Sequence record: NZ_CP104760.1
Length of the DNA: 64,000 nt
DNA from: a plasmid
Strand: one strand, 5' to 3'
In this document: piece after piece, positions 1-9,046 of the stretch
How the letters are laid out: every line of letters starts with the position of its first letter
How positions within the stretch are numbered: position 1 is the first letter of the stretch
Notes under the pieces: model-generated
The model's input: only the letters and a program-made list of their open reading frames with translations
What the model was told of the DNA's origin: nothing
Databases searched by the model: none
Position numbers and translations under genes: made by a program

Positions 1-155
1 CAGAGAGGAGTTGCTCGCTCCGGCGCGCTGAATTCAGGAGCACAGTACTGCGGCGGCAAAAAGAGAAAAAGCGACCCTGGAGAACAGCACTTTCTCTCGT
101 CGAGGTAAAATCAGCGGCGAATCAGAGTAGAGGCGCGTGGGTAAGCCTTCTGCCG

Positions 156-1082
156 TTACTGGCCGTTTTTTTGCTGAATACTCTGGCAGATGGTGGTTTT
201 AAGCCATTGCGTAGAGGATTTTTTCCCGCTTCGCTTATGAGAGTAGATTTTTACGGTGAAGCGGGGCACGGCGAAAGGCAGGCGGAAGATCTTCACGCTG
301 GCGAGCGGTTGCAGACGGTTCGCAACGGAAGAGGGGATCGCCATAAGCAGTTCGCTCTCCGCCACGATAAACGGCGAGCTCAGCATCGAAGGCGTTTTTA
401 GCGTGATACGGCGCGCCAGTCCGAGACGCGCAAGGTGGGTATCCAGCAATCCCTTCTTTTCGTTCCAGGGGGTCACCACCAGATGCCCGGCGGCGAGATA
501 CTCCTCCAGCGTCAGGCTCGATCGGGCGCTATGGCTGAGCACGACAAATTCGTCACTGAAGAGATCGATCTCCTCCAGATCCGGGTGTATGACCTCATCC
601 GGTTCGCTGAAACTCAGCGCCAAATCCACTTCTCCCGCCAGTAATTCATTCAGCGCCGGTTTATGAGGCAAATAGCAAAGCTCAAAATCAATGCCCGGCG
701 CCGTTCTCTGCACGCTGTTCATCAACCCAGGAAAGACGCTGAAAGCGGTGTAGTCGGTTACGGCAAGACGAAACGCCTCTTTGCTCTTCAGAGGATCGAA
801 CGGCTGCACCGGATTAAGGTGCTGATTCAGAGCGGATAAGGACGCCGCGATATAAGGCGCCAGCTGGGAGGCGTAAACGCTGGGACACATTTTATGCCCT
901 TCGCGATAGAAGAGCGGATCTTTAAGAAATTCACGCAGCCGGGTTAAGGCATGGCTCAGCGCAGAGGTGCTCATAGAGAGTTCCGCTGCTGCCAGCCGGA
1001 CGGAACGATGCCGGTAGACCGCATCGAAAACAGGGAGCAGGTTCAGATCGAGCCGCCGCAGCACATGATGCATGAAATTCAC
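156..1082 (-). CDS. LysR-family transcriptional regulator
   Basis: 308-aa ORF. N-terminal HTH typical of LysR (LNLLPVFDAVYRHRSVRLAAAELSMSTSALSHALTRLRE) followed by a substrate-binding domain. Confidence 0.85.
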   Translation of the reverse strand: MNFMHHVLRRLDLNLLPVFDAVYRHRSVRLAAAELSMSTSALSHALTRLREFLKDPLFYREGHKMCPSVYASQLAPYIAASLSALNQHLNPVQPFDPLKSKEAFRLAVTDYTAFSVFPGLMNSVQRTAPGIDFELCYLPHKPALNELLAGEVDLALSFSEPDEVIHPDLEEIDLFSDEFVVLSHSARSSLTLEEYLAAGHLVVTPWNEKKGLLDTHLARLGLARRITLKTPSMLSSPFIVAESELLMAIPSSVANRLQPLASVKIFRLPFAVPRFTVKIYSHKRSGKKSSTQWLKTTICQSIQQKNGQ

Positions 1083-1167
1083 CTGTAATTGATTTTATTG
1101 CACTTAATTCATTGAAAGATACCGATTATCCTTACCGGCATCAAACTGTTTGGTTAAGGGAAAGTTT

Positions 1168-1656
1168 ATGAGTGTTACGATCCGACCGGCCCGCCTGGAA
1201 GATGCTGACGCTATTTATAATATGATCAACGGTTTAGCCGTTTATCGGGACGCGCCGCTGGAGTCTGTTCCCGATATCGAAGAGGTGCGAAAGTCGCTGT
1301 TTTCACCAGAAACCACAGCTGAAGCCTGTATTTGTGAAATTGACGGGATAATCGCTGGCTATTCAGTCATTTCGATGAGCCATGCGGCATGGTTAGGCCG
1401 CCGCAGCCTGAATATGGAAGATTTATATTTTACCCCCGACTATCGCGGGCGAGGCGCGGGCAAGGCGATGCTGCAATATATCGCGCAACTGGCGGTCAGT
1501 CGGCAGTGCAGCCGTATTGAATGGAACGTCCTCGAGTGGGATAACTGCGCCAAAGAGTTTTACCACAGCATCGATGCGCTGCCCCTGAGCGAGTGGGTTC
1601 GCTACCGGCTGGACGGCCCCGCGCTGCAGAAGTTCGCCGCCCGCGACGCCTCCTGA
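1168..1656 (+). CDS. GNAT family N-acetyltransferase
   Basis: ORF 1150-1656. Start chosen at ATG 1168 (MSVTIRPARLEDAD), preceded by AAGGGAAAG RBS. Acetyl-CoA-binding motif region YRGRGAGKAML. Confidence 0.8.
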   Translation: MSVTIRPARLEDADAIYNMINGLAVYRDAPLESVPDIEEVRKSLFSPETTAEACICEIDGIIAGYSVISMSHAAWLGRRSLNMEDLYFTPDYRGRGAGKAMLQYIAQLAVSRQCSRIEWNVLEWDNCAKEFYHSIDALPLSEWVRYRLDGPALQKFAARDAS

Positions 1657-1841
1657 ACAGCCTGTTTGCGCACGGCCTGATGCTTGCGGCCGTGAAGCGC
1701 GCGTTGTTTTTACCGCATAAAAAAAATCGCCACGGCGAGGCTTGAAAACTCTCCGGATGCATCTATAACTGTCACTGGACAGGGGAGACGCCTGTTCCCG
1801 ATGAGCTTTTGAATGAACGACTAATTCAGGAGGTTATCACT

Positions 1842-2336
1842 ATGTCTTTACGTAATTTCCCGGTGTTTCCTTTAATCAGCGATTCGCTTTTTTCCGATCG
1901 CTTCAGCCGCATTGACCGCCTTTTTAGCCAGCTGACCGGCGATACGCCTGTTGCCGTCGCGCCCCCTTATAACCTCAAACAGCTCGACGACGAGCGCTAT
2001 ACGCTCACCCTCAGCGTGCCCGGCTGGAAAGAGAGCGAGCTGGAAATCGAAGTGGCGGGCGGTCGCCTGACGGTGACCGGTCGAAAAGAGGAGCGTACCG
2101 AAAACGAGGCGTCATCTGACAGCGATCGCAGCGATGGAAGCTGGCTGCACCGCGGCATCAGCCGCACCGATTTCCGTCTGAGCTACAGCGTGCCGGAGCA
2201 TATGAAGGTGACGGAGGCGAGACTGCAGGACGGGCTGCTCAGCGTTGGCCTGCATCTGGAGATCCCGGAAAGCGAGAAACCGCGCCGCATACCCATTGCG
2301 CACCATGCGTCGGATGTAATTGAACATCAGGCTTAA
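1842..2336 (+). CDS. Hsp20/alpha-crystallin family small heat-shock protein (IbpA/IbpB-like) with C-terminal extension
   Basis: Start ATG 1842 preceded by CAGGAGG. N-terminus MSLRNFPVFPL...DRLFSQLTG and core YNLKQLDDERYTLTLSVPGW...EIEVAGGRLTVTGRK match the IbpA/B pattern. Confidence 0.8.
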   Translation: MSLRNFPVFPLISDSLFSDRFSRIDRLFSQLTGDTPVAVAPPYNLKQLDDERYTLTLSVPGWKESELEIEVAGGRLTVTGRKEERTENEASSDSDRSDGSWLHRGISRTDFRLSYSVPEHMKVTEARLQDGLLSVGLHLEIPESEKPRRIPIAHHASDVIEHQA

Positions 2337-2418
2337 GCCATCAGCCTGACCATCGGTGGAGGGTGCCGCTATCGGCATCCTCCCGCTATACATGCATCTG
2401 GAAATCAGGAGGACTGTC

Positions 2419-2715
2419 ATGAACAGCATTATCGTACCGGCAGACCGGCGGCTTTACCCGTCAGTAGCGGATGAGAGCGTGATGGCGGTCAGGATGAAAC
2501 TGGGTAATTCACGGCTCCAGGTCAATTACCGCCGAGTGCCAGGCGGCATTATGCCGGTTATCGCCGTCGATTTTTTCAACGAGAAAGGGAAACTCTATAG
2601 CCTGCAATATCATCTGCCGCCGGATACCCCTGAACGGACCGATCGCCGGATCTCGCTTCTGATGCGGCTGATAGAGAAAGAAGCTGGTCAGGCGTCTTTT
2701 GCGGCAGCGCTTTAA
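2419..2715 (+). CDS. hypothetical protein (98 aa)
   Basis: ORF with AGGAGG RBS 6 nt upstream of ATG 2419. No recognisable motifs. Confidence 0.5.
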   Translation: MNSIIVPADRRLYPSVADESVMAVRMKLGNSRLQVNYRRVPGGIMPVIAVDFFNEKGKLYSLQYHLPPDTPERTDRRISLLMRLIEKEAGQASFAAAL

Positions 2716-2762
2716 AATTTACTACGCGCTTTTAACTCAACAGTGGAAAGAGGGGAAAAAAG

Positions 2763-2849
2763 ATGCTGGCCGCCTTACTGGTAAACGCTTCATTTACGTC
2801 AACGCTGCTGGTGATGACGGCGTTTGCCCTGAAAGATATCAATAAATGA
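2763..2849 (+). CDS. candidate 28-aa hydrophobic small protein (MLAALLVNASFTSTLLVMTAFALKDINK)
   Basis: ATG 2763 preceded by AGAGGGGAAAAAAG. Predicted single TM helix. Immediately followed by a strong hairpin. Not in the ORF track because of its size. Confidence 0.25.
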   Translation: MLAALLVNASFTSTLLVMTAFALKDINK

Positions 2850-2886
2850 GATGTTTTTAGCAGTGACGTATTCAGCGACGTTTTAA

Positions 2887-2914
2887 AACAGCCATACGGC
2901 GACGTATGGCTGTT
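2887..2914. terminator. perfect 12-bp stem / 4-nt loop hairpin (AACAGCCATACG-gcga-CGTATGGCTGTT), likely bidirectional terminator
   Basis: Stem read directly. On the minus strand it sits 26 nt downstream of the hydrolase stop (2940) and is followed by TTTTAAAA. On the plus strand it follows the small ORF. Confidence 0.6.
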
Positions 2915-2939
2915 GTTGTCGGCGTGGAAATGGAACGCG

Positions 2940-3764
2940 TTATGAAAGGGTCTTGAGGAACGCCAGCAGATCGGTGTTCAGCTGCTCGGTATGCGTTACC
3001 GCAAAGCCGTGCGGCGCATTGTCGTACACCTTCAGCTGCGCGCCTTCAATCATCTCTGCGGCCAGCTTGCCGGTGGTTTCGAACGGCACCACCTGGTCGT
3101 TGCTGCCGTGAATAACCAGCGTAGGCACGTCGATTTTCGCCATATCGGGACGGAAATCGGTGGTGGAAAACGCCTTAACGCACTCCAGCGTACCCTTGAG
3201 CGACGCCAGCAGCGCGATATTCAGGGTCTGCGTCAGCACGCCTTCAGAGACGGTCTGTCCGGCATTGGTGCCATAAAAAGGAACGGCGAAGTCGCTGATA
3301 AACTGCGCGCGATCGTTGCGCAGCCCGGCCAGAATGCCGTCGAATACCGACTGATCCACGCCCTGCGGGAAATCTTCCCTTTTGCCGAAAGCTGGCGTGA
3401 CCGCGCCCAGCAGCACCAGGCCATCTACGCGCGCCGAGCCGTAGTTGTTGATGTAGCGCGTCACGTCGCCGCCGCCCATGGAGAAACCCACCAGCGTGAC
3501 GTTCTGCAGGTCGAGATGGGTAATCAGATCGTTGATATCGGATGCGAACGTATCGTAGTCATAGCCGGTCCACGGCTGATCGGAGCGGCCGAAACCACGA
3601 CGATCGAACGCGATGACGCGGTAGCCGTTTTCCGCCAGCAGGTTCAGCTGGTTGTCCCACATATCAGCGTCCAGCGGCCAGCCGTGGCTGAACAGAACGG
3701 GCTTCCCGTTGCCCCAGTCTTTAAAATAGATTTGCGTACCGTCAGCAGTGTTAATCGTGCTCAT
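2940..3764 (-). CDS. alpha/beta hydrolase (non-haem haloperoxidase/arylesterase-like)
   Basis: 274 aa. N-terminus DGTQIYFKDWGNGKPVLFSHGWPLDADMWDNQ. Nucleophile elbow GFSMGG. Typical of the non-haem chloroperoxidase/esterase subfamily. Confidence 0.8.
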   Translation of the reverse strand: MSTINTADGTQIYFKDWGNGKPVLFSHGWPLDADMWDNQLNLLAENGYRVIAFDRRGFGRSDQPWTGYDYDTFASDINDLITHLDLQNVTLVGFSMGGGDVTRYINNYGSARVDGLVLLGAVTPAFGKREDFPQGVDQSVFDGILAGLRNDRAQFISDFAVPFYGTNAGQTVSEGVLTQTLNIALLASLKGTLECVKAFSTTDFRPDMAKIDVPTLVIHGSNDQVVPFETTGKLAAEMIEGAQLKVYDNAPHGFAVTHTEQLNTDLLAFLKTLS

Positions 3765-3800
3765 TGTCTTTTCCTTGTGATGTTGAATGAAAAGCAGCTG

Positions 3801-5429
3801 TTATTCAGGCGCAACCAGATAACGCGCAACCGGCATCTGTTCGGCCTGATGGAATGCATAAACGCGGTTCTGAATTTTCTGGTCGTTCATGGTGTAGCGC
3901 TCAAGCTGGCGCAGATGCTCCATCCAGGAACCCACCACAAAGGTCTCAACGAAAAGGCCCGGCTGAAGGATATCTTCATAGACCGCCCAGTTGATGGCGC
4001 CGCCGCGCCGACGGACACGTCTCATATCCTGCATGCAGAGGGTAAAGGCGTGCGCGTCGGCCTGGCGGATCTGATACTCGTAGCTCACCCGCACCGGTCC
4101 GCGATCGTGATGAATATCGAGCGCCGGCACCGGCTCGCTGATCTCGCTGACATCAAGGTTGAGATCGGGATCTTTATCAAGACGCCAGCGCAGCACGGTA
4201 AGGCTGGCTAGTGCCATACCCAGCGTGGCGATGCAGAGCGAGACCGGGATACCGTAGCGGGACGCGAGCTGCCCCCAGACGGCGCTGCCCAGCGTCATCG
4301 AGCCGAAGAAAACGGTGAGATAGACCGCCAGCGCGCGCGCTTTAACCCAGCGGGCAGCGCTGCGCTGTGCACCCAGGTTCAGCGTCGAGAGCACGGCGAT
4401 CCACGCGAAGCCGGTAAAAAACTCAAAGGCGTTCAGCAGCCAGAAGTGCCTGATAAAGGCGAGCGCCAGCATGGTCGCGGCAAACATCAGGCTCGCCAGC
4501 ACCATCAGCCGATCGGGATTGAACCGTTTACGCAGCCGCGGCAGCAGCACCGCGCCGCTGATGGCGCCTACGCCGATACAGGCGAGCATAATGCCGTAAC
4601 CACCCGGGCCCAGCCCCAGCTCGCGACGCGCCACCAGCGGCAGCAGGGCCCAGCCAGCGCTACCAAAGACAAAGAAGGCGACGGTACGCACCAGCACGTT
4701 GCGCAGCACCGGCGCGGCGTGCACATAGCGCAGACCCGCGCGCACCGCCGAAAAGAAGTGCTCCGGCGGCAGCCGTTGCACGCTGGGCGCTTCTTTCCAG
4801 CGGTAGAGCACCCAGGCCACGCCGAGCACGGAGAGGGCGTTTAGCATGAAGACCATCCACGGCCCCGCGAACGACAGAATCAGACCGCCGAGCGCCGGGC
4901 CGATGGCGCGGCTGATGTTAATGCCGAGCGAGTTCAGCGCGATAGCGGGACCCAGCTCCTCTTTGCTGACCAGATCCGGCACGATGGCCTGAAAGGGCGG
5001 CGAACTCATTGCTGCGCCAGCGCTCATCAGGAAGGCGGCAATCAGCAACACCAGCGGCGTAACGTGCCCGGTGAAAGAGAGTAAAGTCAGACCGGTTGCG
5101 GCAATAAACACCCACAGCTGCGAAAAGAGCAGGTATTTGCGGCGATCGATAATATCCGCCAGCACGCCGGAGGGCAGCGCGAACAGGAACATCGGCAGGC
5201 TGCTGGCCGCCTGCACCAGCGCCACGTTCAGCGGATCGGCGCTGAGCGTCAGCATGGTCCAGTTGACGCCGACGTCATTCATCCAGGAGCCAATATTGGA
5301 GACGACCGTCGCTATCCACAGCATGCGGAACAGAGGCTGGCGCAGCGGCTGCCAGGGCGATGCGGCCGTCGGGACGGGCGCGATCGCCTCGTCCGGGGTG
5401 ACGGCATTGATATCGTTAACCTGCGCCAT
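3801..5429 (-). CDS. MFS transporter with ~120-aa C-terminal cytoplasmic extension
   Basis: ORF 3801-5477. Start set at ATG 5429 (MAQVND), preceded by AGAGAGG. 12-TM-like hydrophobic pattern. MFS signature LPSGVLADIIDRRK. Confidence 0.75.
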   Translation of the reverse strand: MAQVNDINAVTPDEAIAPVPTAASPWQPLRQPLFRMLWIATVVSNIGSWMNDVGVNWTMLTLSADPLNVALVQAASSLPMFLFALPSGVLADIIDRRKYLLFSQLWVFIAATGLTLLSFTGHVTPLVLLIAAFLMSAGAAMSSPPFQAIVPDLVSKEELGPAIALNSLGINISRAIGPALGGLILSFAGPWMVFMLNALSVLGVAWVLYRWKEAPSVQRLPPEHFFSAVRAGLRYVHAAPVLRNVLVRTVAFFVFGSAGWALLPLVARRELGLGPGGYGIMLACIGVGAISGAVLLPRLRKRFNPDRLMVLASLMFAATMLALAFIRHFWLLNAFEFFTGFAWIAVLSTLNLGAQRSAARWVKARALAVYLTVFFGSMTLGSAVWGQLASRYGIPVSLCIATLGMALASLTVLRWRLDKDPDLNLDVSEISEPVPALDIHHDRGPVRVSYEYQIRQADAHAFTLCMQDMRRVRRRGGAINWAVYEDILQPGLFVETFVVGSWMEHLRQLERYTMNDQKIQNRVYAFHQAEQMPVARYLVAPE

Positions 5430-5838
5430 AGCGTACCTCTCTGCGCGCGTCGGAGCCGATGCGCCACTGACCCGCACCGGTAATGGCCAGCGTGGTAAAG
5501 ATAATCAGTAGCAGCCAGCCAAACTGGCCTTCGGCAATGCTCCAGCCGGGGTGGACAACGGTCATGGCGACCAGCAGCACGCCGATAATCGGCAGGCAGG
5601 CGAGCCGGGTAAACAGGCCGAACAGGATAAAAATCGGGCAGATAACTTCGGCAAATATAGCCGGGATCAGGCTCATATAAGGACCGAGGCCAAAGGGATC
5701 CTCGATCCGCGTCAGTTCTTCACTGAAGTGAAACACCTTCGGCAGGCCATGCACGTAGAGCAACAGCAGGCAGCCGGTCAGGCGCAGGAAGAACAGCCCC
5801 GCATTAATGCGGGGCGGCTGAGAAAATCGCGTCGTCAT
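5416..5838 (-). CDS. DoxX-family membrane protein
   Basis: 140 aa with 4 TM-like segments. DoxX-like pattern (LRLTGCLLLLYVHGLPKV...). Overlaps the MFS start by 14 nt. Confidence 0.65.
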   Translation of the reverse strand: MTTRFSQPPRINAGLFFLRLTGCLLLLYVHGLPKVFHFSEELTRIEDPFGLGPYMSLIPAIFAEVICPIFILFGLFTRLACLPIIGVLLVAMTVVHPGWSIAEGQFGWLLLIIFTTLAITGAGQWRIGSDARREVRYGAG

Positions 5839-5843
5839 GGCGA

Positions 5844-7721
5844 TTAAAACGCGAAGCAGCTGCAGCCGAGCACGCCCCAGAAGGCGTTCTCCTCGGACAC
5901 CGGCAGGCTGGCGCCGCGCGCGATATCATGCGAGTGGCTGTGCACGCCGCACGGACCGCTGCACTGATGAGGCATTTGCTGCATCCCTACGCGGGTTGCT
6001 GCGGTCGGCGGCGCGCTGCGGTAGTGACCCGGCACCTTGACGACCGGCGACCACTCCGGCAGAACCGGAATAGAGGGCGGCGCTTCACTGTTAAACGCGC
6101 CGGCGGCGTAGACGATATTGCCGTCCACCAGGGTCAGCACCGACTCGATGCCTTTGATCTCCTCTTCCGGCACGCTGAAGTAGTCTTTGCTCAGCACCAC
6201 CATATCAGCCAGCTGGCCCGCTTTGATTTGACCTTTTTTACCCTGCTCGCTGGAGAACCAGGCGCTGCCCTGCGTCCACAACATCAGCGCGGTATCGCGA
6301 TCGAGACGCGCGTTGACGTCATACATCTGCATGCCGCCGACGGTACGGCCGGAGACCAGCCAGTAGAGCGCGGTCCAGGGGTTATAGCTGGCGACGCGCG
6401 TGGCGTCGGTGCCCAGGCCAACCGGTACGCCGGTCTCCAGCATACGCGCCACCGGCGGCGTGTGGCGGGTCGCTTCAATACCGTAACGCTCGGCAAAATA
6501 TTCGCCCTGGAACGCCATGCGGTGCTGCACCGCAATGCCGCCGCCCAGCTCTTTGATACGGTCGATATTGCGCTGGGTGACGGTCTCCGCATGGTCGAAG
6601 AACCAGTGCAGGCCGTTGAACGGGATCTCGCGGTTAACCTTTTCAAATACGTTGAGCATGCGGTCGATCGATTCGTCATAGGTAGCGTGCAGGCGGAACG
6701 GCCAGCGATGCTCCACCAGATGGCGCACCACGCGCTCCAGCTCATCCTCCATGCCCGGCGCCAGATCGGGACGCGGCTCGAGGAAATCTTCAAAGTCGGC
6801 AGCAGAGAAGACCAGCATCTCTCCCGCGCCGTTGTGGCGGAAGTAGTCGCTGCCCTGGCCCGGCGTCAGCATATCGGTCCACTTTTCAAAATCTTCCAGC
6901 TCGTGTCCCGGCCGCTGAGTAAAGAGGTTATAGGCGATGCGGATCGTCATCTGCTTCTTCTCATGCAGCTCGGCGATGACCTCATAGTCTTCCGGGTAGT
7001 TTTGAAAGCCGCCGCCCGCGTCGATGGCGCTGGTGAGGCCGAGACGGTTCAGTTCGCGCATAAACTGGCGGGTGGAGTTGATCTGCTGCTCCAGCGGCAG
7101 CTTCGGCCCTTTCGCCAGCGTGGCGTAAAGGATCATGGCGTTAGGACGCGCGATCAGCATGCCGGTCGGGTTGCCGTTGCTGTCGCGCTGAATTTCGCCG
7201 CCCGGCGGGTTCGGCGTATCTCGGGTGTAACCCACCACTTTCAGCGCGGCGCGGTTGAGCAGGGCGCGGTCATAGAGGTGGAGGACGAACACCGGGGTAT
7301 CCGGCGCGGCTTCGTTGATCTCGTCCAGCGTCGGCATGCGGCGCTCGGCGAACTGAAACTCGGTCCAGCCGCCCACCACGCGCACCCACTGCGGCGACGG
7401 GGTGCGTAGCGCCTGCTCTTTCAGCATGCGCAGCGCATCGGCGACCGAGGGCACGCCTTCCCAGCGCAGCTCCAGATTGTAGTTCAGGCCGCCGCGGATC
7501 AGGTGCAGGTGCGAGTCGTTAAGGCCCGGCACGGCAGTATGGCCCTTCAGGTCGATGACTTTGGTGCCTTCGCAGTGGTGCTGCATGACGTCAGCCAGGC
7601 TGCCCACTTCCAGAAATTTGCCGTCGCGGATGGCAACGGCATCGGCGATTGGGTTGCCGCGATCGACCGTATGAAACCGGCCATTAGTGAGAATGACGTC
7701 TGCTTTACCAAGGGTAACCAT
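5844..7721 (-). CDS. amidohydrolase-3 family metal-dependent hydrolase (YtcJ-like) with Cys/His-rich C-terminal tail
   Basis: 625 aa. Metal-binding HxH motif (LNDSHLHLIRGG). N-terminal pattern ILTNGRFHTVD typical of Amidohydro_3. ~40-aa tail CSGPCGVHSHSHD...GCSCFAF. Confidence 0.8.
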   Translation of the reverse strand: MVTLGKADVILTNGRFHTVDRGNPIADAVAIRDGKFLEVGSLADVMQHHCEGTKVIDLKGHTAVPGLNDSHLHLIRGGLNYNLELRWEGVPSVADALRMLKEQALRTPSPQWVRVVGGWTEFQFAERRMPTLDEINEAAPDTPVFVLHLYDRALLNRAALKVVGYTRDTPNPPGGEIQRDSNGNPTGMLIARPNAMILYATLAKGPKLPLEQQINSTRQFMRELNRLGLTSAIDAGGGFQNYPEDYEVIAELHEKKQMTIRIAYNLFTQRPGHELEDFEKWTDMLTPGQGSDYFRHNGAGEMLVFSAADFEDFLEPRPDLAPGMEDELERVVRHLVEHRWPFRLHATYDESIDRMLNVFEKVNREIPFNGLHWFFDHAETVTQRNIDRIKELGGGIAVQHRMAFQGEYFAERYGIEATRHTPPVARMLETGVPVGLGTDATRVASYNPWTALYWLVSGRTVGGMQMYDVNARLDRDTALMLWTQGSAWFSSEQGKKGQIKAGQLADMVVLSKDYFSVPEEEIKGIESVLTLVDGNIVYAAGAFNSEAPPSIPVLPEWSPVVKVPGHYRSAPPTAATRVGMQQMPHQCSGPCGVHSHSHDIARGASLPVSEENAFWGVLGCSCFAF

Positions 7722-7850
7722 AGAAACTCCTGAATGAAGGCGTCCGAAGCGGCAAGATCGGCCGTGGACAGCGCATTGTCCTGCCGTAAGTGCAGGTGAC
7801 TGGGATGGCGGGATTATGATCGGGAGGTCTGGAAAGCGTCTAGTTATACA

Positions 7851-7890
7851 AAAGGATAGGTATACGTTCGTATAGGTATACCTAAGGATA
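7851..7890. promoter_or_regulatory. repeat-rich candidate operator in divergent intergenic region
   Basis: AAGGATA-GGTATAC-gttcgt-ATAGGTATACC-TAAGGATAA. Direct repeats AAGGATA x2 and ATAGGTATAC x2. Palindromes GGTATACC and TATACG-tt-CGTATA. Confidence 0.3.
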
Positions 7891-8031
7891 ATAGTTTGAA
7901 AAAGAAAAGGTTCCTACACTGCGCTCAGACAGTGACCCACCGGTAGCGCGACATCCCGCCACTGGGTTAACAGGAAAACTGTTATTTACTGCCGTTAAAT
8001 TTTTCCACGGTATGTAGCCATACTAACCTCA

Positions 8032-8736
8032 ATGGGCAAAGACATGACCAATCGCAAACTTGAAGTACTGACGCCGCAAAACTGCCAGATCATCTTTATC
8101 GACCAGCAGCCGCAGATGGCTTTTGGCGTTCAGTCAATGGATCGCCAGGTGCTGAAAAACAACGTCGTGGCGCTGGCGAAAGCGGCGAAAGTCTTCAACA
8201 TTCCGACCGTACTGACTACCGTTGAGACAGAGAGCTTCTCTGGCAACACTTTCCCGGAGCTGCTGGACGTGTTCCCGGGCCAGGACATTCTTGAGCGCAC
8301 CTCAATGAACTCCTGGGACGATCAGAAAGTGCGCGACGCTCTGGCGGCAAACGGCAAGAAAAAGGTGGTGGTTTCAGGCCTCTGGACCGAGGTGTGCAAC
8401 AACTCCTTCGCGCTGTGCGCCATGCTGGAAGGCGATTATGAAATCTATATGGTAGCTGACGCATCAGGCGGCACCACTAAAGAGGCGCACGACTACGCGA
8501 TGCAGCGCATGGTTCAGGCTGGCGTGATCCCGGTGACCTGGCAGCAGGTGATGCTGGAATGGCAGCGCGACTGGGCCCATAAAGAGACCTATAACGCCGT
8601 TATGGACATTGCGAAAGAGCACTCAGGCGCTTACGGCATCGGCGTCGATTACGCCTACACCATGGTTCACAAAGCACCTTCTCGCCAGAAGAGCGAACAC
8701 CGTACGCTGGCGCCGGTTCCTGCGAACGTTCGTTAA
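8032..8736 (+). CDS. isochorismatase-family hydrolase (YcaC-like)
   Basis: Aligns by eye along its length with E. coli YcaC (NIPTVLTT, VSGLWTEVC, VADASGG). Start may be ATG 8044 (MTNRKL) rather than 8032. Confidence 0.8.
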   Translation: MGKDMTNRKLEVLTPQNCQIIFIDQQPQMAFGVQSMDRQVLKNNVVALAKAAKVFNIPTVLTTVETESFSGNTFPELLDVFPGQDILERTSMNSWDDQKVRDALAANGKKKVVVSGLWTEVCNNSFALCAMLEGDYEIYMVADASGGTTKEAHDYAMQRMVQAGVIPVTWQQVMLEWQRDWAHKETYNAVMDIAKEHSGAYGIGVDYAYTMVHKAPSRQKSEHRTLAPVPANVR

Positions 8737-8794
8737 TCTCGCCAGCTGGCCGGTGGTTCCTGTGGCCGGCCAGCCATGCTGGAAAGGAAAACCT

Positions 8795-9046
8795 GTGACT
8801 CCTTTATTGATCTCTCTGGGCGCGGGCGTGTTAATCGGCCTGGTTTACGCGCTGCTCAAGGTCCAGTCGCCCGCTCCGCCAGCGGTCGCGCTGGTGGGAC
8901 TGCTGGGTATGATCGTTGGCAGCTCCCTGGGCGGCGGGCTGTTTCACCGCGAGGCATCCGCTGTCGTTCCGGTAAAGGAGCAGACGCAGGGTGCCGCGGA
9001 TAAACGCGCGGTATCCCCTCCACTGACCGCGAAACAGGCGAACTGA
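8795..9046 (+). CDS. XapX-domain (DUF1427) small membrane protein
   Basis: GTG start 8795 after AAAGGAAAA. LISLGAGVLIGLVYALLKVQSPAPPAVALVGLLGM matches the XapX-domain signature. No in-frame ATG after the upstream gene stop. Confidence 0.55.
   Translation: MTPLLISLGAGVLIGLVYALLKVQSPAPPAVALVGLLGMIVGSSLGGGLFHREASAVVPVKEQTQGAADKRAVSPPLTAKQAN

Noticed and set aside
2991-4211. 406-aa plus-strand ORF
   Set aside because: Lies entirely antisense to the alpha/beta hydrolase and MFS genes. Arg/Ala-rich low-complexity translation typical of spurious ORFs in high-GC DNA. No RBS.
5928-7409. 493-aa plus-strand ORF
   Set aside because: Antisense to the well-supported amidohydrolase gene. Composition-biased (R/A/G/H-rich). 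No motifs.
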